Both the position numbers and the translations under genes were made by a program. A stretch of DNA of 64,000 bases. Source: Eledone cirrhosa (taxonomy: Eukaryota). The notes beneath the pieces are model-generated. The model was not told the DNA's origin, searched no databases, and worked only from the letters and a program-made list of their open reading frames with translations. Where the stretch lies: NCBI GenBank assembly GCA_964016885.1, contig OZ024743.1, positions 333,312,001 to 333,376,000 of the forward strand, given 5' to 3'. The first letter of the stretch is position 1, and every line of letters begins with the position of its first letter. This document shows positions 49,101-61,100 of the stretch, piece by piece.

Positions 49101-52100
49101 ATTTGGTGTACAGACATAATTATAACAGTTACTGTTACTACATTGGGCAACAATTTAGTGTACAGACATAATTATAACAGTTAGTGTACAGACATAATTA
49201 TAACAGTTACTGTTACTATACTGGGTCAACAATTTGGTGTACAGACATAATTATAACAGTTACTGTTACTACACTGGGTCAACAATTTAGTGTACAGACA
49301 TAATTATAACAGTTACTGTTACTACACTGGGTCAACAAGTTGGTGTACAGACATAATTATAACAGTTACTGTTACTACACTGGGTCAACAATTTGGTGTA
49401 CAGACATAATTATAACAGTTACTGTTACTACACTGGGTCAACAATTTGGTGTATAGACATAATTATAACTGTTACTGTTACTACACTGGGTCAACAAGTT
49501 GGTGTATAGACATAATTATAACTGTTACTGTTACTACACTGGGTCAACAAGTTGGTGTATAGACATAATTATAACAGTTACTGTTATTACACTGGGTCAA
49601 CAAGTTGGTGTACAGACAATTATAACAGCTACTGTTACTACACTGGGTCAACAATTTGGTGTACAGAGATAATTATAACAGTTACTGTTACTACACTGGG
49701 TCAACAATTTGGTGTATAGAGATAATTATAACAGTTACTGTTACTACACTGGGTCAACAAGTTGGTGTATAGACATAATTATAACAGTTACTGTTACTAC
49801 ACTGGGTCAACAATTTGGTGTACAGACATAATTATAACAGTTACTGTTACTACACTGGTCAACAATTTGGTGTACAGACATAATTATAACAGTTACTGTT
49901 ACTACCCTGGGTCAACAATTTGGTGTATAGACATAATTATAACAGTTACTGTTACTACACTGGGTCAACAAGTCGGTGTATAGACATAATTATAAGTTAC
50001 TGTTACTACACTGGGTCAACAATTTGGTGTACAGACATAATTATAACAGTTACTGTTACTACACTGGGTCAACAATTTGGTGTACAGACATAATTATAAC
50101 AGTTACTGTTACTACACTGGGTCAACAAGTTGGTGTATAGACATAATTATAACAGTTACAGTTACTACACTGGGTCAACAATTTGGTGTATAGACATAAT
50201 TATAACTGTTACTGTTACTACACTGGGTCAACAATTTGGTGTACAGACATAATTATAACAGTTACTGTTACTACACTGGGTCAACAAGTTGGTGTACAGA
50301 CGTAATTATAACAGTTACTGTTACTACACTGGGTCAACAAGTTGGTGTATAGACATAATTATAACAGTTACTGTTACTACACTGGGGCAACAATTTGGTG
50401 TACAGACATAATTATAACAGTTACTGTTACTACACTGGGTCAACAAGTTGGTGTATAGACATAATTATAACAGCTACTGTTACTACACTGGGTCAACAAT
50501 TTGGTGTACAGACATAATTATAACAGTTACTGTTACTACACTGGGTCAACAATTTGGTGTGACAGACATAATTATAACAGCTACTGTTACTACACTGGGT
50601 CAACAAGTTGGTGTATAGACATAATTATAACAGCTACTGTTACTACACTGGGTCAACAATTTGGTGTATAGACATAATTATAACTGTTACTGTTACTACA
50701 CTGGGTCAACAATTTGGTGTATAGACATAATTATAACTGTTACTGTTACTACACTGGGTCAACAACTTGGTGTACAGACATAATTATAACAGTTACTGTT
50801 ACTACACTGGGTCAACAATTTGGTGTACAGACATAATTATAACAGTTACTGTTACTACACTGGGTCAACAAGTTGGTGTATAGACATAATTATAACAGCT
50901 ACTGTTACTACACTGTGTCAACAATTTGGTGTACAGACATAATTAAAACAGTTACTGTTGCTACACTGGGTCAACAAGTTGGTGTATAGACATAATTATA
51001 ACAGCTACTGTTACTACACTGGGTCAATAACTTGGTGTACAGACATAATTATAACAGTTACTGTTACTACACTGGGTCAACAATTTGGTGTATAGACATA
51101 ATTATAACAGTTACTGTTAATACACTGGGTCAACAAGTTGGTGTACAGACAATTATAACAGCTACTGTTACTACACTGGGTCAACAATTTGGTGTACAGA
51201 CATAATTATAACAGTTACTGTTACAACACTGGGTCAACAAGTTGGTGTATAGACATAATTATAACAGCTACTGTTACTACACTGTGTCAACAATTTGGTG
51301 TACAGACATAATTAAAACAGTTACTGTTGCTACACTGGGTCAACAAGTTGGTGTATAGACATAATTATAACAGCTACTGTTACTACACTGGGTCAACAAT
51401 TTGGTGTACAGACATAATTATAACAGTTACTGTTACTACACTGGGTCAACAATTTGGTGTATAGACTTAATTATAACAGTTACTGTTAATACACTGGGTC
51501 AACGAGTTGGTGTATAGACAATTATAACAGCTACTGTTACTACACTGGGTCAACAATTTGGTGTACAGACATAATTATAACAGTTACTGTTACTACATTG
51601 GGTCAACAATTTAGTGTACAGACATAATTATAACAGTTAGTGTACAGACATAATTATAACAGTTACTGTTACTATACTGGGTCAACAATTTGGTGTACAG
51701 ACATAATTATAACAGTTACTGTTACTACACTGGGTCAACAATTTGGTGTACAGACATAATCATAACAGTTACTGTTACTACACTGGGTCAACAAGTTGGT
51801 GTACAGATATAATTATAACAGTTACTGTTACTACACTGGGTCAACAATTTGGTGTACAGACATAATTATAACAGTTACTGTTACTACACTGGGTCAACAA
51901 TTTGGTGTATAGACATAATTATAACTGTTACTGTTACTACACTGGGTCAACAAGTTGGTGTATAGACATAATTATAACTGTTACTGTTACTACACTGGGT
52001 CAACAAGTTGGTGTATAGACATAATTATAACAGTTACTGTTATTACACTGGGTCAACAAGTTGGTGTACAGACAATTATAACAGCTACTGTTACTACACT

Positions 52101-55100
52101 GGGTCAACAATTTGGTGTACAGACATAATTACAACAGTTACTGTTACTACACTGGGTCAACAATTTGGTGTATAGAGATAATTATAACAGTTACTGTTAC
52201 TACACTGGGTCAACAAGGTGTACAGACATAATTATAACAGTTACTGTTACTACACTGGGTCAACAATTTGGTGTACAGACATAATTATAACAGTTACTGT
52301 TACTATACTGGGTCAACAATTTAGTGTACAGACATAAGTATAACAGTTACTGTTACTATACTGGGTCAACAATTTGGTGTACAGACATAATTATAACAGT
52401 TACGGTTACTACACTGGGTCAACAATTTGGTGTAGACATAATTATAACAGTTACTGTTACTACACTGGGTCAACAATTTGGTGTACAGACAATTATAACA
52501 GTTACTGTTACTACACTGGGTCAACAATTTAGTGTACATACATAATTATAACAGTTACTGTTACTACACTGGGTCAGCAATTTAGTGTACAGACATAATT
52601 ATAACAGTTACTGTTACTACACTGGGTCAACAATTTGGTGTACAGACATAATTATAACAGTTACTGTTACTATACTGGGTCAACAATTTGGTGTACAGAC
52701 ATAATTATAACAGTTACTGTTACTACACTGGGTCAACAATTTGGTGTACAGACATAATTATAACAGTTACTGTTACTATACTGGGTCAACAATTTAGTGT
52801 ACAGACATAATTATAACAGTTACTGTTACTATACTGGGTCAACAATTTGGTGTACAAACATAATTATAACAGTTACTGTTACTACACTGGGTCAACAATT
52901 TGGTGTACTGACATAATTATAACAGTTACTGTTACTACACTGGGTCAACAATTTGGTGTACAGACATAATTATAACAATAACTGTTACTACACTGGGTCA
53001 ACAATTTAGTTTACAGACATAATTATAACAGTTACTGTTACTACACTGGGTCAGCAATTTAGTGTACAGACATAATTATAACAGTTACTGTTACTACACT
53101 GGGTCAACAATTTGGTGTACAGACATAATTATAACAGTTACTGTTACTATACTGGTCAACAATTTGGTGTACAGACATAATTATAACAGTTACTGTTACT
53201 ACACTGGGTCAACAATTTAGTGTACAGACATAATTATAACAGTTACTGTTACTACACTGGTCAACAATTTGGTGTACAGACATAATTATAACAGTTACTG
53301 TTACTACACTGGGTCAACAAGTTGGTGTACAGACATAATTATAACAGTTACTGTTACCACACTGGGTCAACAATTTGGTGTACAGACATAATTATAACAG
53401 TTACTGTTACTACACTGGGTCAACAATTTGGTGTATAGACATAATTATAACTGTTACTGTTACTACACTGGGTCAACAAGTTGGTGTATAGACATAATTA
53501 TAACAGTTACTGTTACTACACTGGGTCAACAATTTGGTGTACAGACATAATTATAACAGTTACAGTTACTACACTGGGTCAACAATTTGGTGTATAGACA
53601 TAATTATAACTGTTACTGTTACTAAACTGGGCCAACAATTTGGTGTACAGACATAATTATAACAGTTACTGTTACTACACTGGGTCAACAATTTGGTGTA
53701 TAGACATAATTATAACTGTTACTGTTACTACACTGGGTCAACAAGTTGGTGTATAGACATAATTATAACAGTTACTGTTACTACACTGGGTCAACAATTT
53801 GGTGTACAGACATAATTATAACAGTTACAGTTACTACACTGGTCAACAATTTGGTGTATAGACATAATTATAACTGTTACTGTTACTACACTGGGTCAAC
53901 AATTTGGTGTACAGACATAATTATAACAGTTACCGTTACTACACTGGGTCAACAATTTGGTGTATAGACATAATTATAACTGTTACTGTTACTACACTGG
54001 GTCAACAATTTGATGTACAGACATAATTATAAAAGTTATAGTTACTACACTGGGTCAACAATTTGGTGTACAGACATAATTATAACAGTTACTGTTACTA
54101 CACTGGGTCAACAAGTTGGTGTACAGTTATAATTATAACAGTTACTGTTACTACACTGGGTCAACAAGTTGGTGTATAGACATAATTATAACAGTTACTG
54201 TTACTACACTGGGTCAACAAGTTGGTGTATAGACATAATTATAACAGCTACTGTTACTACACTGGGTCAACAATTTGGTGTACAGACATAATTATAACAG
54301 TTACTGTTACTACACTGGGTCAACAATTTGGTGTACAGACATAATTATAACAGTTACTGTTACTACACTGGGTCAACAATTTGGTGTATAGACATAATTA
54401 TAACAGTTACTGTTACTACACTGGGTCAACAAGTTGGTGTATAGACATAATTATAACAGCTACTGTTACTACACTGGGTCAACAATTTGGTGTACAGACA
54501 ATTATAACAGTTACTGTTACTACAATGGGTCAACAATTTGGTGTATAGACATAATTATAACAGTTACTGTTACTACACTGGTCAACAAGTTGGTGTACAG
54601 ACATAATTATAACAGTTACTGTTACTATACTGGGTCAACAATTTGGTGTATAGACATAATTATAACAGTTACTGTTACTACACTGGGTCAACAATTTGGT
54701 GTATAGACATAATTATAACAGTTACTGTTACTACACTGGGTCAACAATTTGGTGTATAGACATAATTATAACAGTTACTGTTACTACACTGAGTCAACAA
54801 TTTGGTGTACAGACATAATTATAACAGTTACTGTTACTACATTGGGTCAACAATTTAGTGTACAGACATAATTATAACAGTTACTGTTACTATACTGGGT
54901 CAACAATTTGGTGTACAGACATAATTATAACAGTTACTGTTACTACACTGGGTCAACAATTTAGTGTACAGACATAATTATAACAGTTAGTTACTACACT
55001 GGGTCAACAATTTGGTGTACAGACATAATTATAACAGTTACTGTTACTAGACTGGGTCAACAAGTTGGTGTACAGACATAATTATAACAGTTACTGTTAC

Positions 55101-58100
55101 TACACTGGGTCAACAAGTTGGTGTAGACATAATTATAACAGTTACTGTTACTACACTGGGTCAACAATTTGGTGTATAGACATAATTAAAACAGTTACTG
55201 TTACTACACTGGGTCAACAATTTGGTGTACAGACATAATTATAACAGTTACTGTTACTACACTGGGTCAACAATTTGGTGTATAGACATAATTATAACAG
55301 CTACTCTTATAATTATGTCTATACACCAAATTCTTGACCCAGTGTAGTAACAGTAACTGTTTTAATTGAGTCAACAATTTGGTGTACAGACATAATTATA
55401 ACAGTTACTGTTACTACACTAGGGCAACAATTTGGTGTATAGACATAATTATAACAGTTACTGTTACTACACTGGGTCAAGAAGTTGGTGTATAGACATA
55501 ATTATAACAGTTACTGTTACTACACTGGGTCAACAATTTGGTGTACAGACATAATAACAGTTACTGTTACTACACTGGGTCAACAATTTAGGGTATAGAC
55601 ACAATTATAACAGCTACTGTTACTACACTGGGTCAACAATTTGGTGTATAGACATAATTATAACAGTTACTGTTACTACACAGGGTCAACAATTTGGTGT
55701 ATAGACATAATTATAACAGTTACTGTTACTACACTGGGGCAACAATTTGGTGTAGACATAATTATAACAGTTACTGTTACTAGACTGGGTCAACAATTTG
55801 GTGTACAGACATAATTATAACAGTTACTGTTACTACACTGGGTCAACAATTTGGTGTACAGACATAATTATAACAGTTACTGTTACTACACTGGGTGAAG
55901 AAGTTGGTGTACAGACATAATTATAACAGTTACTGTTACTACACTGGGTCAACAATTTGGTGTACAGACAATTATAACAGTTACTGTTACTACACTGGGT
56001 CAACAATTTGGTGTACAGACATAATTATAACAGTTACTGTTACTACACTGGGTCAACAATTTGGTGTATAGACATAATTATAACTGTTACTGTTACTACA
56101 CTGAGTCAACAAGTTGGTGTATAGACATAATTATAACAGTTACTGTTACTACACTGGGTCAACAATTTGGTGTACAGACATAATTATAACAGTTACAGTT
56201 ACTACACTGGGTCAACAATTTGGTGTATAGACATAATTATAACTGTTACTGTTACTACACTGGGCCAACAATTTGGTGTACAGACATAATTATAACAGTT
56301 ACTGTTACTACACTGGGTCAACAATTTGGTGTATAGACATAATTATAACTGTTACTGTTACTACACTGGGTCAACAAGTTGGTGTATAGACATAATTATA
56401 ACAGTTACTGTTACTACACTGGGTCAACAATTTGGTGTACAGACATAATTATAACAGTTACAGTTACTACACTGGTCAACAATTTGGTGTATAGACATAA
56501 TTATAACTGTTACTGTTACTACACTGGGTCAACAATTTGGTGTACAGACATAATTATAACAGTTACCGTTACTACACTGGGTCAACAATTTGGTGTATAG
56601 ACATAATTATAACTGTTACTGTTACTACACTGGGTCAACAATTTGATGTACAGACATAATTATAAAAGTTATAGTTACTACACTGGGTCAACAATTTGGT
56701 GTACAGACATAATTATAACAGTTACTGTTACTACACTGGGTCAACAAGTTGGTGTACAGTTATAATTATAACAGTTACTGTTACTACACTGGGTCAACAA
56801 GTTGGTGTATAGACATAATTATAACAGTTACTGTTACTACACTGGGTCAACAAGTCGGTATATAGACATTATAACAGCTACTGTTACTACACTGGGTCAA
56901 CAATTTGGTGTACAGACATAATTATAACAGTTACTGTTACTACACTGGGTCAACAATTTGGTGTACAGACATAATTATAACAGTTACTGTTACTACACTG
57001 GGTCAACAATTTGGTGTATAGACATAATTATAACAGTTACTGTTACTACACTGGGTCAACAAGTTGGTGTATAGACATAATTATAACAGCTACTGTTACT
57101 ACACTGGGTCAACAATTTGGTGTACAGACAATTATAACAGTTACTGTTACTACAATGGGTCAACAATTTGGTGTATAGACATAATTATAACAGTTACTGT
57201 TACTACACTGGTCAACAAGTTGGTGTACAGACATAATTATAACAGTTACTGTTACTATACTGGGTCAACAATTTGGTGTATAGACATAATTATAACAGTT
57301 ACTGTTACTACACTGGGTCAACAATTTGGTGTATAGACATAATTATAACAGTTACTGTTACTACACTGGGTCAACAATTTGGTGTATAGACATAATTATA
57401 ACAGTTACTGTTACTACACTGAGTCAACAATTTGGTGTACAGACATAATTATAACGGTTACTGTTACTACATTGGGTCAACAATTTAGTGTACAGACATA
57501 ATTATAACAGTTACTGTTACTACACTGGGTCAACAATTTGGTGTACAGACATAATTATAACAGTTACTGTTACTACACTGGGTCAACAATTTGGTGTACA
57601 GACATAATTATAACAGTTACTGTTACTACACTGGGTCAACAATTTGGTGTATAGACATAATTATAACAATTACTGTTACTACACTGGGTCAACAAGTCGG
57701 TATATAGACATAATTATAAGTTACTGTTACTACACTGGGTCAACAATTTGGTGTACAGACATAATTATAACAGTTACTGTTACTACACTGGGTCAACAAT
57801 TTGGTGTACAGACATAATTATAACAGTTACTGTTACTACACTGGGTCAACAAGTTGGTGTATAGAGATAATTATAACAGTTACAGTTACTACACTGGGTC
57901 AACAATTTGGTGTATAGACATAATTATAACTGTTACTGTTACTACACTGGGTCAACAATTTGGTGTACAGACATAATTATAACAGTTACTGTTACTAGAC
58001 TGGGTCAACAATTTGGTGTACAGACATAATTATAACAGTTACTGTTACTACACTGGGTCAACAATTTGGTGTACAGACATAATTATAACAGTTACTGTTA

Positions 58101-61100
58101 CTACACTGGGTGAAGAAGTTGGTGTACAGACATAATTATAACAGTTACTGTTACTACACTGGGTCAACAATTTGGTGTACAGACAATTATAACAGTTACT
58201 GTTACTACACTGGGTCAACAATTTGGTGTACAGACATAATTATAACAGTTACTGTTACTACACTGGGTCAACAATTTGGTGTATAGACATAATTATAACT
58301 GTTACTGTTACTACACTGAGTCAACAAGTTGGTGTATAGACATAATTATAACAGTTACTGTTACTACACTGGGTCAACAATTTGGTGTACAGACATAATT
58401 ATAACAGTTACAGTTACTACACTGGGTCAACAATTTGGTGTATAGACATAATTATAACTGTTACTGTTACTACACTGGGCCAACAATTTGGTGTACAGAC
58501 ATAATTATAACAGTTACTGTTACTACACTGGGTCAACAATTTGGTGTATAGACATAATTATAACTGTTACTGTTACTACACTGGGTCAACAAGTTGGTGT
58601 ATAGACATAATTATAACAGTTACTGTTACTACACTGGGTCAACAATTTGGTGTACAGACATAATTATAACAGTTACAGTTACTACACTGGTCAACAATTT
58701 GGTGTATAGACATAATTATAACTGTTACTGTTACTACACTGGGTCAACAATTTGGTGTACAGACATAATTATAACAGTTACCGTTACTACACTGGGTCAA
58801 CAATTTGGTGTATAGACATAATTATAACTGTTACTGTTACTACACTGGGTCAACAATTTGATGTACAGACATAATTATAAAAGTTATAGTTACTACACTG
58901 GGTCAACAATTTGGTGTACAGACATAATTATAACAGTTACTGTTACTACACTGGGTCAACAAGTTGGTGTACAGTTATAATTATAACAGTTACTGTTACT
59001 ACACTGGGTCAACAAGTTGGTGTATAGACATAATTATAACAGTTACTGTTACTACACTGGGTCAACAAGTCGGTATATAGACATTATAACAGCTACTGTT
59101 ACTACACTGGGTCAACAATTTGGTGTACAGACATAATTATAACAGTTACTGTTACTACACTGGGTCAACAATTTGGTGTACAGACATAATTATAACAGTT
59201 ACTGTTACTACACTGGGTCAACAATTTGGTGTATAGACATAATTATAACAGTTACTGTTACTACACTGGGTCAACAAGTTGGTGTATAGACATAATTATA
59301 ACAGCTACTGTTACTACACTGGGTCAACAATTTGGTGTACAGACAATTATAACAGTTACTGTTACTACAATGGGTCAACAATTTGGTGTATAGACATAAT
59401 TATAACAGTTACTGTTACTACACTGGTCAACAAGTTGGTGTACAGACATAATTATAACAGTTACTGTTACTATACTGGGTCAACAATTTGGTGTATAGAC
59501 ATAATTATAACAGTTACTGTTACTACACTGGGTCAACAATTTGGTGTATAGACATAATTATAACAGTTACTGTTACTACACTGGGTCAACAATTTGGTGT
59601 ATAGACATAATTATAACAGTTACTGTTACTACACTGAGTCAACAATTTGGTGTACAGACATAATTATAACGGTTACTGTTACTACATTGGGTCAACAATT
59701 TAGTGTACAGACATAATTATAACAGTTACTGTTACTACACTGGGTCAACAATTTGGTGTACAGACATAATTATAACAGTTACTGTTACTACACTGGGTCA
59801 ACAATTTGGTGTACAGACATAATTATAACAGTTACTGTTACTACACTGGGTCAACAATTTGGTGTATAGACATAATTATAACAATTACTGTTACTACACT
59901 GGGTCAACAAGTCGGTATATAGACATAATTATAAGTTACTGTTACTACACTGGGTCAACAATTTGGTGTACAGACATAATTATAACAGTTACTGTTACTA
60001 CACTGGGTCAACAATTTGGTGTACAGACATAATTATAACAGTTACTGTTACTACACTGGGTCAACAAGTTGGTGTATAGAGATAATTATAACAGTTACAG
60101 TTACTACACTGGGTCAACAATTTGGTGTATAGACATAATTATAACTGTTACTGTTACTACACTGGGTCAACAATTTGGTGTACAGACATAATTATAACAG
60201 TTACTGTTACTACACTGGGTCAACAATTTGGTGTACAGACATAATTATAAAAGTTATTGTTACTACACTGGGTCAACAAGTTGGTGTACAGACGTAATTA
60301 TAACAGTTACTGTTACTACACTGGGGCAACAATTTGGTGTACAGACATAATTATAACAGTTACTGTTACTACACTGGGTCAACAAGTTGGTGTATAGACA
60401 AAATTATAACAGCTACTGTTACTACACTGGGTCAACAATTTGGTGTACAGACATAATTATAACAGTTACTGTTACTACACTGGGTCAACAATTTGGTGTA
60501 CAGACATAATTATAACAGTTACTGTTACTACACTGGGTCAACAATTTGGTGTATAGACATAATTATAACAGCTACTGTTACTACACTGGGTCAACAAGTT
60601 GGTGTACAGACATAATTATAACAGCTACTGTTACTACACTGGGTCAACAATTTGGTGTACAGACATAATTATAACAGTTACTGTTACTACACTGGGTCAA
60701 CAATTTGGTGTATAGACATAATTATAACAGTTACTGTTACTACACTGGGTCAACAATTTGGTGTACAGACATAATTATAACAGTTACTGTTACTACACTG
60801 GGTCAACAATTTGGTGTACAGACATAATTATAACAGCTACTGTTACTACACTGGGTCAACAAGTTGGTGTACAGACATAATTATAACAGCTACTGTTACT
60901 ACACTGGGTCAACAATTTGGTGTACAGACATAATTATAACAGTTACTGTTACTACACTGGGTCAACAATCTTGTGTACAGACATAATTATAACAGCTACT
61001 GTTACTACACTGGGTCAACAATTTGGTGTATAGACATAATTATAACTGTTACTGTTACTACACTGGGTCAACAAGTTGGTGTGTAGACATAATTATAACA

